A stretch of DNA of 40,366 bases from a bacterium (lineage in GTDB: Bacteria; Pseudomonadota; Gammaproteobacteria; Arenicellales; Poriferihabitantaceae), in assembly GCA_051008875.1 (NCBI GenBank), contig JBPCXC010000144.1, positions 1 to 40,366 of the forward strand, read 5' to 3'. A program made the translations under genes and the position numbers. The notes under the pieces are model-generated. The model searched no databases. It was given only the letters and a program-made list of their open reading frames with translations, and was not told where the DNA came from. Below are positions 25,186-38,993 of this stretch, piece after piece; the first letter of the stretch is position 1, and each line of letters starts with the position of its first letter.

Positions 25186-26670
25186 CTAAGGAATCTTCGA
25201 CGCGGCGGTGTGCGCCAGCAGGTTTTCGATGGTGGCGTGCATGACTTCGAGGATCGGGTTCGGCCACACGCCGACCAGCAGCACCATCGCCGCGAGGATC
25301 GACATGAACAAAACTTCGCGGCGGTCGAGGTCGGCGAGCGCGGCGACTTGCTCCGACGCGACCGCGCCGTAGATCACGCGCTTGATCATCCACAGCGTGT
25401 ACGCGGCGCCGAAGATTAAGGTCAGCGCGGCGGCGGCGGCGAACCACGCGTTCACTTGGAACGCGCCGAGGATGACCAGGAACTCGCCGACGAAGCCGGA
25501 GGTGCCCGGCAGTCCGGCGTTCGCCATCGCGAACAACACCATGAACGCGGCGAACACCGGCATCGGCGTCGCCACGCCGCCGTAGGATTCGATCATGCGC
25601 GAATGCATGCGGTCGTACAGCACGCCGACGCACAGGAACAACGCGCCGGAGATGAAGCCGTGCGAGATCATCTGCAGCATCGCGCCTTCGACGCCGTGCG
25701 CGTTGAACAGGAACAAGCCGAGGGTGACGAAGCCCATGTGCGAGATCGACGAATACGCGATCAGTTTCTTCATGTCGCGCTGCGCCAGCGCGACCAGCGC
25801 GATATAGACCACCGCGATCAGCGACAGCGCGATCATCAGCCAGGCGAGTTCGCGGCTGGCGTCGGGGGTGATCGGCAGATTGAATCTCAGGAAGCCGTAG
25901 CCGCCCATCTTCAGCATGATCGCGGCGAGGATGACCGAGCCGCCGGTCGGCGCTTCGACATGCGCGTCCGGCAGCCAGGTGTGCACCGGAAACATCGGCA
26001 CCTTGACCGCGAAGGCGGCGAAGAAGGCGAGGAAGATCAGCACTTGCGGTTGAAGTGCGAGCGGCAACGCGTGGTAGTCGAGGATGCTGAAACTGCCGCC
26101 GCTTTGCGCGCGCAAGTACAACAGCGCGACCAGCATCAGCAGCGAGCCGAGCAAGGTGTACAGGAAGAACTTGATGGTCGCGTAGATGCGATTCGGCCCG
26201 CCCCAGATGCCGATGATCAGGAACATCGGAATCAGCATCGCCTCCCAGAACACATAGAACAGCACCGCGTCGAGCGCGGCGAACACGCCGATCATCAAGC
26301 CTTCCATGATCAAGAACGCCGCCATGTACTGCGCCGCGCGCACGGTGATGGACTTCCATCCGGCGATGACCACGATCACGGTCAGCAGCACGGTCAACAG
26401 AATCAGCGGCATCGAAATGCCGTCCACGCCGAGCGCGTAGTCGATGTTGAAGGCATCGATCCAACGCGCCTGCTCGGTGAACTGCATGGTCGCCACGGCG
26501 GAGTTGAACTCGGTGTACAACGGCACCGCGAGCAGCATCTCGGCGAGCGAGAATCCGAGCGCGAGTCGACGCGCCAGTTCGGCGCGCCGGTCGCCGACGC
26601 CGAGGATCAGCACGCCGGCGAGGATCGGCAGCCAGATGAGTACGCTGAGCAGCGCGCCTTCTATGGTCAT
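25186..26670 (-). CDS. nuoM: NADH-quinone oxidoreductase subunit M
   Basis: 494 aa from MTIEGALLSVLIWLPILAG (ATG at 26668-26670). Motifs FPVHTWLPDAHVEAPT and SSISHMGFV. The upstream ORF extension is Arg-rich noise overlapping nuoL. Confidence 0.9.
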   Translation of the reverse strand: MTIEGALLSVLIWLPILAGVLILGVGDRRAELARRLALGFSLAEMLLAVPLYTEFNSAVATMQFTEQARWIDAFNIDYALGVDGISMPLILLTVLLTVIVVIAGWKSITVRAAQYMAAFLIMEGLMIGVFAALDAVLFYVFWEAMLIPMFLIIGIWGGPNRIYATIKFFLYTLLGSLLMLVALLYLRAQSGGSFSILDYHALPLALQPQVLIFLAFFAAFAVKVPMFPVHTWLPDAHVEAPTGGSVILAAIMLKMGGYGFLRFNLPITPDASRELAWLMIALSLIAVVYIALVALAQRDMKKLIAYSSISHMGFVTLGLFLFNAHGVEGAMLQMISHGFISGALFLCVGVLYDRMHSRMIESYGGVATPMPVFAAFMVLFAMANAGLPGTSGFVGEFLVILGAFQVNAWFAAAAALTLIFGAAYTLWMIKRVIYGAVASEQVAALADLDRREVLFMSILAAMVLLVGVWPNPILEVMHATIENLLAHTAASKIP

Positions 26671-26690
26671 CGTCGTCGTCAGCGTCGTCG

Positions 26691-28654
<1,964 letters not shown>

Positions 28655-28658
<4 letters not shown>

Positions 28659-28960
28659 CCCTTGAGCGAGTCCAACTCGTCGACGTTGATGGTGCGGCGG
28701 CTGCGGAACAGCACGATCAAGATCGCTAGGCCGATCGCCGACTCGGCGGCGGCGACGGTGAGGATGAAGAACACGAACACCTGCCCGGCGGCGTCGCCGA
28801 GGAAGTGCGAGAAGGCGACGAAGTTGATGTTGACCGCGAGCAGCAGCAACTCGATCGCCATCAGCAGGATGACCACGTTCTTGCGGTTGAGGAAGATGCC
28901 GACCACGCTGATGGCGAACAGGATCGCGCCGAGGGCGAGGTAATGCGACAGCGGGATCAT
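28655..28960 (-). CDS. nuoK: NADH-quinone oxidoreductase subunit K
   Basis: 101 aa, three transmembrane segments, with ..[10 protein letters not shown].. and [17 protein letters not shown] overlap with nuoJ and a 4-nt overlap with nuoL. Confidence 0.9.
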
Positions 28961-29640
28961 GTCGCCGGACCTCCGGCGCCGCCGACGTCGCGATTCGTTT
29001 CGACGCCGTCGTTACGATTCGCTTCGCCGTCGTCGTCGCCCTCTTCACCCGCCGACTTCATCTTAACGATGCGCAGGCGATCCTCGCGTCGCGCCATGAC
29101 TTGGCTAGCCGGATCGATGCGTTTGGTGTCGGTGCGCGGGCGCATGGTCAGCGCGATCGCGGCGATGATCGCCACCAGCAGGATCAGCGCGGCGATCTCG
29201 AACGGATAGACGTAGTCGGTGTACAACTGCTCGCCGAGCACGCGCGTGTTGCTGTGGCCGTCGGCGCGCAGCGGCGGGTTGGTGAAGCGCTGCGGCGAGA
29301 ACGCGCGCGCCAGCAGCAGCGCGATCTCGACCGCCAGCAGCACCGCGACCACGCTGCCGACCGGCAGATAGCGGGTGAAGCCGGCGCGCATCTCGGCGAG
29401 GTTGATGTCGAGCATCATCACCACGAACAGGAACAACACCATCACCGCGCCGACATACACCAGCACCAGCACGATGGCGAGGAACTCGGCCTCCAATGTG
29501 ATCCACACGCAAGCCGCGCTGAAGAACGCCAGCACCAGGAACAGCGCGGCCTTGACCGGATTGCGGATCAGCACCACCATCGCCGCCGCCAGCACCAGCG
29601 TCGCGCTGAAGAAATAGAATGCGAACTGCAGGAAGGTCAT
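28957..29640 (-). CDS. nuoJ: NADH-quinone oxidoreductase subunit J
   Basis: 227 aa with an N-terminal membrane core typical of NuoJ ([32 protein letters not shown]), plus an acidic/Gly-rich C-terminal tail. Confidence 0.85.
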   Translation of the reverse strand: MTFLQFAFYFFSATLVLAAAMVVLIRNPVKAALFLVLAFFSAACVWITLEAEFLAIVLVLVYVGAVMVLFLFVVMMLDINLAEMRAGFTRYLPVGSVVAVLLAVEIALLLARAFSPQRFTNPPLRADGHSNTRVLGEQLYTDYVYPFEIAALILLVAIIAAIALTMRPRTDTKRIDPASQVMARREDRLRIVKMKSAGEEGDDDGEANRNDGVETNRDVGGAGGPAT

Positions 29641-29684
29641 GCCGACGACTTAAGTTGCGAGGCGAACGGTGGCGAAGCGCGCGG

Positions 29685-30176
29685 TCACCGATACGGCGCG
29701 TCTTGTCGGCGCGCGTCGGCGATCTCGGCTTCGTAGCGGTCGCCGATCTCGAGCAGCCCTTGCTTGTCGATCCAACGCTCGTCGTTGCGCTCCATGTGGA
29801 ACTCGTGGATGTCGGTCAGCACGATCGAGTCGACCGGGCACGCCTCCTCGCAGAAGCCGCAGTAGATGCACTTGAACAGATCGATGTCGTAGCGCGTGGT
29901 GCGGCGCGTGCCGTCGGCGCGCTCCTCGGAGTCGATCGTGATCGCCAGCGCCGGGCAGACCGCCTCACACAACTTGCACGCGATGCAGCGCTCCTCGCCG
30001 TTGGCGTAGCGGCGCAGCGCGTGCAGCCCGCGAAACCGCGGCGACTTCGGCGTCTTCTCCTGCGGATACAGGATCGTGATCTTGCGGCTGAACAACCGCC
30101 GCCCGGTGAGGAACATGCCGCGGCGCAACTCCGCCAGGGTGAAGGTTCGGTACAGCCGCTTGAAGTCGATGCGCAT
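29685..30176 (-). CDS. nuoI: NADH-quinone oxidoreductase subunit I
   Basis: 163 aa from [12 protein letters not shown] (ATG at 30174-30176). Two 4Fe-4S motifs, [12 protein letters not shown] and [12 protein letters not shown]. Confidence 0.9.
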   Translation of the reverse strand: MRIDFKRLYRTFTLAELRRGMFLTGRRLFSRKITILYPQEKTPKSPRFRGLHALRRYANGEERCIACKLCEAVCPALAITIDSEERADGTRRTTRYDIDLFKCIYCGFCEEACPVDSIVLTDIHEFHMERNDERWIDKQGLLEIGDRYEAEIADARRQDAPYR

Positions 30177-30226
30177 GTCAGCCTCGGTCGTATCGTTCGT
30201 CGTGTCGTTGGTGGTGTCGCGCGCGC

Positions 30227-31276
30227 TTACGCGAAGAACGCGCCGAACGGAGTGTGGAACTTCGCCACGCCGATGACGACGATCCACACCAGCGTGATCG
30301 GGATCAGCACCTTCCAGCCGAGGCGCATGATTTGATCATAGCGGTAGCGCGGGAAGGTCGCGCGGAACCACAGGAAGAAAAACGCGACCAGCGAAGTCTT
30401 GATGCCGAACCACAGCAGCGGCGGGATCCAAGTGAACGGCGCGACCGGCGCCGGCGGCAGCCAGCCGCCGAGGAACATCAGCACGGTGAGCGCGGCGATC
30501 AGGATCATGTTGGCGTATTCGGCGAGGAAGAACACCGCGAACGCCATGCCGGAATACTCGACGTGGAAGCCGGCGACGATCTCCGACTCGCCCTCGGCGA
30601 CGTCGAACGGCGAGCGGTTGGTCTCGGCCACGCCGGCGATGAAATAGACCACGAACAGCGGCAGCAGCGGCAGCCAATACCATTGCAGCGCGCCGCCGGA
30701 CTGGTTCAGCACGATCTCGCGCAGGTTGAGGCTGCCGGCGACCATCAGCACGCCGACCAGGGCGAAGCCCATGGCGATCTCATACGCCACGATCTGCGCC
30801 GCCGAGCGCATCGCGCCGAGGAACGCGTACTTCGAGTTCGACGCCCAGCCGGCGACGATCACGCCATACACGCCCATCGAGGTCAGCGCGAGGATGTACA
30901 GCAGACTGGCGTCGATGTCGGCGAGCACCAGTTGGTCGCTGAACGGCACCACCGCCCACGCCGCCAGCGCCGGCGCGATCGCCAGCATCGGCGCCATCAG
31001 GAACAAGCCGCGGTTGGCGCGGTCGGGGACGATGACCTCCTTCATCAGCAACTTGAGCGCGTCGGCGATCGGCTGCAGCCAGCCGCGCGGACCGACTCGG
31101 TTGGGACCGACGCGCACTTGCATGTAGCCGATCAACTTGCGCTCGGCGAAGGTGAAATACGCGACGCACAGCATCAGCGGCGCGACGATGGCGACGATCT
31201 TCGCCAGCGTCCACAGCGCGAACTGCAGGGCGTGCGGCAGCCACGCGGTGAGGTTGAAGAACAGTTCGCGAATCAT
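30227..31276 (-). CDS. nuoH: NADH-quinone oxidoreductase subunit H
   Basis: 349 aa. Motifs [19 protein letters not shown] and [30 protein letters not shown] overlap with the nuoG stop. Confidence 0.9.
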   Translation of the reverse strand: MIRELFFNLTAWLPHALQFALWTLAKIVAIVAPLMLCVAYFTFAERKLIGYMQVRVGPNRVGPRGWLQPIADALKLLMKEVIVPDRANRGLFLMAPMLAIAPALAAWAVVPFSDQLVLADIDASLLYILALTSMGVYGVIVAGWASNSKYAFLGAMRSAAQIVAYEIAMGFALVGVLMVAGSLNLREIVLNQSGGALQWYWLPLLPLFVVYFIAGVAETNRSPFDVAEGESEIVAGFHVEYSGMAFAVFFLAEYANMILIAALTVLMFLGGWLPPAPVAPFTWIPPLLWFGIKTSLVAFFFLWFRATFPRYRYDQIMRLGWKVLIPITLVWIVVIGVAKFHTPFGAFFA

Positions 31277-33715
31277 CGCGCGCGCTCCAGCGTGACCGCG
31301 CCGTGCGCGCCGAGCGGCGCGGTCTGCGCGTGGCCGGCGGGGACATAGACGCAGCCATGCGGCACGCGCGCGTCGGCGCGCAACGCCAAGCGCGCGACGC
31401 CGTCGTCGTCGTCGCCGGCGCCGTTGCGCACCACAACTTCGTCGCCGTCGGCGAGTCCGAGGCGGTCGATCATCGCCTGTCGCATGCGCGCGGTCGGCGG
31501 CGGATTGTCGGCGGTGCGCTGCAACGCCGACGCGTTGCGCACGATCATGTCGCCGCGATACATCGGCACATCGAGGAGTCGGCGGACGGCGTCGTCGTTG
31601 TCGTTATCGTTGTCGCCGCGCGGCGATGGAATCGACCACGCTTCATCGTCGTCGCCGTCGTCGGTCGCGTCGAGCGCGATCTCGTCGGTGACTTCGCGCA
31701 GCGACACTTGGTCGAAGCCGGGCAAGTCGAGGAAGTTGCCGAGCACGCGCAGGATCTTCCAGCCCGGACGCGACTCGCCGCGCGGCGAGGCCGCCGCCAT
31801 CGCTTGCTGCGCGCGGCCTTCGCAGTTGATGTAGGTGCCGGCGGTCTCGGCGAACGCCGCCATCGGCAACAGCACCTCGGCGCGCGCGACGGCGGCGTCC
31901 GGCGGCGGTCGATACGCGGCGATGCGCACCGCCAACTCGGCGTCGCGCAGCGCGCGCGCGCACGAAGCGCCGTCGATGCCGTCGAGTTCGGGCTCGGTCG
32001 CGAGCAGCAAGTACGCGCGCCGCGGCTCGGCGATCATCGCCGCCGCATCGCGTCCGCGGCGCGACGAATCGCTCGCGCGCGGCAGGCAGTTCGCGCGCCA
32101 TGCGGCGACGCCGTTGCCCGGCGGCAAGACGCATAAGCGCGCGCCGGTCGCGCCGCGAATCCAGCGCGCAATCGCGCGCAGCACGCTGGCGTCCGGATGC
32201 TGCTGCGCCAACGCGCCGAGGACGATGATCGCGCCGTCGCCGGCGTCGATTAAGTCGCGCGCGATCGCGTGGTGATGATCGTGTTCGTCGTCACCGTTCA
32301 CCCATCGGCGAATGTCGTCGGGCAGTTCGTGGTCGCGCGCGCCGGCGACGGCGGCGGCGACCGCGGCGAGATGCGCCGGCAACTCGGCGCCCGCCGCCAA
32401 CGTGCGCGCGGCGAAGTTCTGCTCATACGCGAGCGGGTTGATGCAGTGCACGCGCGCGCCGGAGTCGTGACTCATCGGTCGCGTCGCCGCGCGCAGTCGC
32501 AACGCCAGCAGCGGTTGTTCTTTGCGCAAGTTCGAGCCGACCAATAACGCGGCGCGCACGCGATCGTAGTCGGCGATCGGCAACTCCGATCCGGGCCGCG
32601 CTTGCGCAAAACCGTCGTCGCGGAAGTCGCATTGCTGCAGGCGGTGATCGATGTTGTCGCAGCCGAGCGCGCGCGCGAGTTTCTGCAGCAAGTGGTATTC
32701 CTCCAGCGTCGCGCAGCCGCCGGCCAAAACGCCGAGTTGGTCGTCGCCGCCGGACTCGATCGCCGCGCGCAAGCCGTCGCGCGCGCGCGCCAGCGCGCTC
32801 TCCCACGACGCTTGTTTCCATTCGCCGTTGTCGCAAATCATCGGCGCAGTCAGGCGTCGTTCGCTGTTGATCGATTCGTAACTATAGCGGTCGCGGTCGG
32901 CCAGCCAGCATTGATTGACTTGTTCGTTGTCGCGCGGCAGCACGCGCTCGACGCGGTCGCGCAAGGTTTGGATCGCGAGGTTCGCGCCGACGCAGTCGTG
33001 CGGGCTTACGCCGCGATGACTCGCCAGTTCCCACGCGCGCGCGGCGAAGCGATACGGCTTGGAAGTGAGCGCGCCGACCGGGCACAGGTCGATCATGTTG
33101 CCGGACACTTCGGAGTCGACCGAGCGGTTGAGGAAGGTGGCGATGTGCGCCGCCTCGCCGCGTCCGGGCATGCCCATTTCCATCGCGCCGGCGATCTCCT
33201 CGCCGAAGCGGACGCAGCGGGTGCAGTGGATGCAGCGAGTCATCTCGGTCGCCACCAGCGGTCCGATGTCGTGGCTCGCGACCGCGCGTTTGCGTTCGCG
33301 AAAGCGCGAGTCTTCGCTGCCGTAGCCCATCGCTTGATCCTGCAGCGGACATTCGCCGCCTTGGTCGCACACCGGGCAGTCGAGCGGGTGGTTGATCAGC
33401 AGGAACTCGAGCGTGCCTTGCTGCGCTTCGCGCGCGAGTTCGGAATGGGTGCGCACCACCATGCCGTCGGCGACCGGCGTGGCGCACGCCGGCAGCGGCT
33501 TCGGCGCCTTCTCGACATCGACCAGGCACATGCGGCAGTTGGCCGCGATCGACAACGTATGGTGATAGCAGAATCGCGGGATGTAGATGCCGGCGCGATC
33601 GGTCGCCGCGATCAACATCTCGCCGGGCACGGCTTCGATGCGCCGGCCGTTGACTTCGATGGCGACGGACGCCTTCGGCAGCGCGGACTCGTTCGGCGCA
33701 GACTTGGTCGTCGCG

Positions 33716-33726
<11 letters not shown>
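31273..33726 (-). CDS. nuoG: NADH-quinone oxidoreductase subunit G
   Basis: 817 aa. Motifs [46 protein letters not shown] and [10 protein letters not shown]. Contains an acidic low-complexity insertion near the C-terminus. Confidence 0.9.
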
Positions 33727-35037
<1,311 letters not shown>

Positions 35038-35041
<4 letters not shown>

Positions 35042-35544
35042 GCGCGCTCTCCTTCTTGCGACGGTGACGACGACGGCGACAGGCTGGCGATGATCTCATC
35101 GACTCGCTGCGGCGTCAGGTCTTCGTGATAGTCGCGGCCGATCTGCATCATCGGCGCGTTGGCGCAGGCGGCGAGGCATTCGACTTCCTTCAGCGTGAAC
35201 CGACCGTCCGGCGTGGTCTCGCCGAAGTCGATGCCGAGTTTGCGCTTCAGGTGCGCGACGATCTCGTCGCAGCCGCGCAGCATGCACGAGATGTTGGTGC
35301 ACACGTTGATCTTGTGCGCGCCGACCGGCGCCAAGTCGTACATCGAATAGAACGTGGCGACTTCGTACGCGCGCACCGACGGCACGCCGATCACCTCGGC
35401 GACGCGCTCGATCAACGCGCCGCCGAGCCAGCCGTGCTCGTCCTGCGCGATGCGCAACGCCGCCAGCAACGCCGACTGCCGTCGCTGCGTCGGATACTTC
35501 GCGCATTCGCGCTCGATCTCGGCGAGGGATTCGTTAGACAACAT
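35038..35544 (-). CDS. nuoE: NADH-quinone oxidoreductase subunit E
   Basis: 168 aa from [18 protein letters not shown] (ATG at 35542-35544). 2Fe-2S motifs [11 protein letters not shown] and [16 protein letters not shown]. The ORF extension to 35613 runs into a repeat copy. Confidence 0.85.
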
Positions 35545-35600
35545 GATGGTTAAGAAAACGCAACGAGCGAGCGAGGTGGTGCATGGCGAAAAGAAAAAGA

Positions 35601-35722
35601 GATTCCCGCTCAACAGACTGCGGGAATGACGGCGGGGAGGTGGTCGCGGGAAAAAATCGCCGGGAGCGATTTTTCGCGAGCGTCAGCGAGCCCGAAGGGC
35701 GCGTATCAGGGACGATACGCGC
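35601..35722 (-). repeat. complete copy of the mosaic REP-like unit inside the nuoD-nuoE spacer
   Basis: The reverse complement reads GCGCGTATCGTCCCTGATACGCGCCCTTCGGGCTCGCTGACGCTCGCGAAAAATCGCTCCCGGCGATTTTTTCCCGCGACCACCTCCCCGCCGTCATTCCCGCAGTCTGTTGAGCGGGAATC. It is collinear with unit 4 at 22106-22228. Degenerate fragments follow at about 35723-35740 and 35840-35870. Confidence 0.8.
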
Positions 35723-35922
35723 AATGACGGCGGGCGGCGATGCGGAGGTGACCGCGGGTGGTGACGGCGGCGCAACGCGCATCGCGACCATCCAAATCCC
35801 TAGCGCAGGATTTTTTTCGTCAGGCAAGGCGCGCAACGAGGGAGCGAGGGCGCGTATAAATATACGCAACCGAGCGCGCGAGGCGGCGCAACGCCGCATG
35901 GCGGAAAAAAGACCAGCGGACA

Positions 35923-37176
35923 TCAGCGATCAATCTCTCCGAACACGATGTCTTGCGAGCCGATGATGGCGACCATGTCGGCGAGCATGTGGCCGCGGGT
36001 CATTTCGTCGAGCGCGGCCAAGTGGGCGAAGCCGGGCGCGCGGATTTTGCAGCGATAGGGTTTGTTGGCGCCGTCGGAAATGAGGTAGATGCCGAACTCG
36101 CCCTTGGGATGCTCGATCGCGGCGTATGCTTCGCCGGCGGGGATGCAGTAGCCTTCGGTGAACAACTTGAAGTGGTGGATCAGCGCTTCCATGTCGCCCT
36201 TCATCTGTTCGCGCGGCGGCGGCGCGAGTTTGCCGTGGTCGGCCATGATCTCGCCGGGGTTGGCGCGCAGCCAGTCGATGCATTGGCGGACGATGCGGTT
36301 GGACTGGCGCATCTCCTCGACGCGCACCAGGTAGCGGTCGTAGCTATCGCCGTTGACGCCGACCGGGATGTCGAAGTCCATTTCGCGATAGGCCGCGTAC
36401 GGCTGCTTCTTGCGCAAGTCCCATTCGACCCCGGAGCCGCGCAGCATCGGTCCGGAGAAGCCGAGCGCCATCGCGCGCTCCGGCTCGACCACGCCGATGC
36501 CGACGGTGCGCTGCTTCCAGATGCGGTTGTCCGACAGCAGCGTTTCGTATTCGTCCACGCAGCCGGGGAATCGCTCGGTGAAGGCTTCGATGAAGTCGAG
36601 CAGCGAGCCTTCGCGGTCGCGGTTTCGCTCGCGCGTTTCGGCTTGCGAGAAGCGCGCGTTGACCGCGTGTTGCGGCATCGCGTCGGGCAGATCGCGATAG
36701 ACTCCGCCGGGGCGATAGTAGGTGGCGTGCATGCGCGCGCCGCTGACCGCCTCGTAGCAGTCCATCAAGTCCTCGCGCTCGCGGAAGCAGTACAGGAACA
36801 CCGTCATCGCGCCGATGTCGAGCGCGTGCGCGCCGAGCCACAGGCAGTGATTCAAGATGCGCGTGATCTCGTCGAACATCACGCGGATGTACTGCGCGCG
36901 CAACGGCGGCGCGACGCCGATCATCTTCTCGATGGCGAGCACATAGGCGTGCTCGTTGCACATCATCGATACATAGTCGAGCCGATCCATATAGCCGATG
37001 CTCTGGTTGTACGGCTTCGACTCCGCCAGTTTCTCGGTGGCGCGATGCAGCAGCCCGATGTGCGGATCGCAACGCTCGATGACCTCGCCGTCCATCTCCA
37101 TGATCACGCGCAGCACGCCATGCGCGGCCGGATGCTGCGGACCGAAGTTCATCGTGTAGTTGCGGATTTCAGCCAT
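35923..37176 (-). CDS. nuoD: NADH-quinone oxidoreductase subunit D
   Basis: 417 aa. Motifs [29 protein letters not shown] and a C-terminal DIVFGEIDR. Confidence 0.9.
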   Translation of the reverse strand: MAEIRNYTMNFGPQHPAAHGVLRVIMEMDGEVIERCDPHIGLLHRATEKLAESKPYNQSIGYMDRLDYVSMMCNEHAYVLAIEKMIGVAPPLRAQYIRVMFDEITRILNHCLWLGAHALDIGAMTVFLYCFREREDLMDCYEAVSGARMHATYYRPGGVYRDLPDAMPQHAVNARFSQAETRERNRDREGSLLDFIEAFTERFPGCVDEYETLLSDNRIWKQRTVGIGVVEPERAMALGFSGPMLRGSGVEWDLRKKQPYAAYREMDFDIPVGVNGDSYDRYLVRVEEMRQSNRIVRQCIDWLRANPGEIMADHGKLAPPPREQMKGDMEALIHHFKLFTEGYCIPAGEAYAAIEHPKGEFGIYLISDGANKPYRCKIRAPGFAHLAALDEMTRGHMLADMVAIIGSQDIVFGEIDR

Positions 37177-37181
37177 CGTGC

Positions 37182-37874
37182 TCAGCCATCGCGCGCGTCG
37201 TCTTCGCCGCCATTCGTCGTCGGGCGATTGGCGGCGCCGAACGCATCCTCGCCGATCGTGCGCGGCACCAGTGTGCGCGGCTCGATCGTGACCGGTTGAT
37301 AGATGACTCGTCCTTGTGCCTCGTCGTAGCGCATTTCGACTTCGCCGGACAGCGGGAAGTCCTTGCGGAACGGGTGGCCGATGAAGCCGTAGTCGGTCAG
37401 CAGCCGGCGCAGGTCGGGATGGCCGTCGAACAGGATGCCGAACAAGTCGAACGCCTCGCGCTCATACCAGTTCGCCGCCGGCCACACCTCGGTCACCGAG
37501 GCGAACGACGGCGCGTCGTCGTCGCTCGACACGCGCAGCCGCAGCCGCACGTTGCGCTGCAGCGACAACAGATGATAGACCACCGCGAAACGCGTGCCAT
37601 CCTGCACCGGCTTCGCCGCCACCACCGACTCCGCCGACGGTCCGCCGATGCCGGTCTCGATCGCCTCCGACTCGCCCCACGCACCATAGTCCACGCCGCA
37701 CAGATCGATCAACGACGCGAAGCGCAGATCGGGATCGTCGCGCAATGCAACGCAGACTTCGACGATCCGCGAAGGCTCGATCTCGCACGCGACCTCGCCG
37801 AGCGCGATCGTGCGCGAAATCAACGCATCGCCGAGCAAGCCGGGCAAGCGGTCGTTGAGTTGGGATGGACTCAT
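37182..37874 (-). CDS. nuoC: NADH-quinone oxidoreductase subunit C
   Basis: 230 aa. [29 protein letters not shown] and [10 protein letters not shown] are classic 30-kDa subunit motifs. Confidence 0.9.
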   Translation of the reverse strand: MSPSQLNDRLPGLLGDALISRTIALGEVACEIEPSRIVEVCVALRDDPDLRFASLIDLCGVDYGAWGESEAIETGIGGPSAESVVAAKPVQDGTRFAVVYHLLSLQRNVRLRLRVSSDDDAPSFASVTEVWPAANWYEREAFDLFGILFDGHPDLRRLLTDYGFIGHPFRKDFPLSGEVEMRYDEAQGRVIYQPVTIEPRTLVPRTIGEDAFGAANRPTTNGGEDDARDG

Positions 37875-37900
37875 GCGTCGATTGAATCGCGCCGGTTGAA

Positions 37901-38458
37901 TCAGGATTCGCGGCCGAGCGTGATTCGGCGCAACACATCATGCCGGTCCAGCCAGCGGTGCTTGGCGACCGCGGCGACATGGACGAGCGCCAAAGTCAGC
38001 ATGCCGTATGCCGCCCATTTATGCACCAAGGCGAGCGTGTCCTCCAAGTTGACGCCGAACATCGTTTCGCGCGGCGCGAACACCGTCGGCATCGACACGC
38101 CGAACCAGTTGACGCCGTGACCGCCGAAATCGGTCTCCGCCCAGCCGACGGCGATGATGAACGCCGGCAGCAAATACAAACCGAGATGACCGAGGGCGGC
38201 GCCGACTTGCTCCGCGCGCGGGATTTCCGGCGGCAACGACGGCGCGGAATGACGCAGCCGAAACGCGATGCGAAACACCAGCAACAACAGCAAAGTTACG
38301 CCGACCGAAATGTGCAGACTAAACAACAACTCCTCCAGCGGCGAGTCGTCCTCGACCCAAGTCGTCATCGTATAACCGCAACTCCACATGAACGCGAAGC
38401 CGAGCGCCATCAGCCAGTGCAGAGCGCGCAGCGAAATGTGATAGCGACCGGCGTCCAT
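37901..38458 (-). CDS. cytochrome b561-family di-haem membrane protein (CybB-like)
   Basis: 185 aa, four predicted transmembrane helices. Conserved His positions lie in [26 protein letters not shown] and [10 protein letters not shown], the pattern of prokaryotic cytochrome b561 (Ni_hydr_CYTB family). Confidence 0.75.
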   Translation of the reverse strand: MDAGRYHISLRALHWLMALGFAFMWSCGYTMTTWVEDDSPLEELLFSLHISVGVTLLLLLVFRIAFRLRHSAPSLPPEIPRAEQVGAALGHLGLYLLPAFIIAVGWAETDFGGHGVNWFGVSMPTVFAPRETMFGVNLEDTLALVHKWAAYGMLTLALVHVAAVAKHRWLDRHDVLRRITLGRES

Positions 38459-38469
38459 TTCGATCGCGG

Positions 38470-38553
38470 CTACGCGGCGCGCGCGATGATTTGCGCGAGC
38501 AACGCATCGCCGAGCCAGTCGGGCAAGCGGTCGTTAATCTCGGTTGCGTTCAT
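38470..38553 (-). pseudogene. 27-codon fossil duplicate of the nuoC 5' end (MNATEINDRLPDWLGDALLAQIIARAA*)
   Basis: An ungapped alignment anchored on the two ATGs (38553 vs 37874) gives 56/73 identical nt by hand count, with a 33/35 core (CAACGCATCGCCGAGC.AG.CGGGCAAGCGGTCGTT). The reading frame is the same and ends in TAG 11 nt before the cytochrome b561 ATG. Confidence 0.7.
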
Positions 38554-38558
38554 GGCGG

Positions 38559-38993
38559 TCACGGGTGTTCGGCGTATTGTTCCATTTCGGTTTTGCAGTC
38601 GGCGCCATACGCGTCGAGTTCGATTACGTTTCGGTCGGGGTCGCGGATAAAGACCGCCGACATGCCGCCGAAACTGAATGCGCCGGTCAGCGCGATGCCT
38701 TTGGATTCGAGCGTTGCCTTGGCGTCGTCGAGGTCGGCGACGGTCATGGCGAAGTGCGTGATGCCGGTGTGTTTTTCGTTCGCGTCCATTAAGATGTTGG
38801 TGTCGAAATTTCCGTTCGCAGGTCCGAGCAAGTTCAAAACCACGCCGCTTGGATGACGCATAACAATCGGATGTCCTTGTTCAAACCCGTCGCTGTGTTC
38901 GTAGGCGAACCCGAGCGACCGGTAAAAATCGATGGAGCGAGTTTTTTCCCGTATGCGGATGCCGATGTGATTTACCGACCGAATGTTCAGCAT
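38559..38993 (-). CDS. VOC-superfamily (glyoxalase/bleomycin-resistance/dioxygenase fold) protein
   Basis: 144 aa. VNHIGIRIREKTRSIDFYRSLGF, ITHFAMTVADLDDA and FIRDPDRNVIELD are typical paired beta-alpha-beta-beta-beta VOC motifs. The ATG overlaps the nuoB TAA by 1 nt. GC is lower than in the flanking nuo genes by eye. Confidence 0.75.
   Translation of the reverse strand: MLNIRSVNHIGIRIREKTRSIDFYRSLGFAYEHSDGFEQGHPIVMRHPSGVVLNLLGPANGNFDTNILMDANEKHTGITHFAMTVADLDDAKATLESKGIALTGAFSFGGMSAVFIRDPDRNVIELDAYGADCKTEMEQYAEHP

Noticed and set aside
35534-35966. ORFs of 127-129 aa on both strands in the nuoD-nuoE spacer, and the 121-aa ORF at 39884-40249
   Set aside because: They consist of translated repeat modules (for example ..STNCGNDGGG.., ..FFPATTSPPSFPQS..) that recur wherever the repeat occurs. 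There is no start context and no sign of coding constraint.
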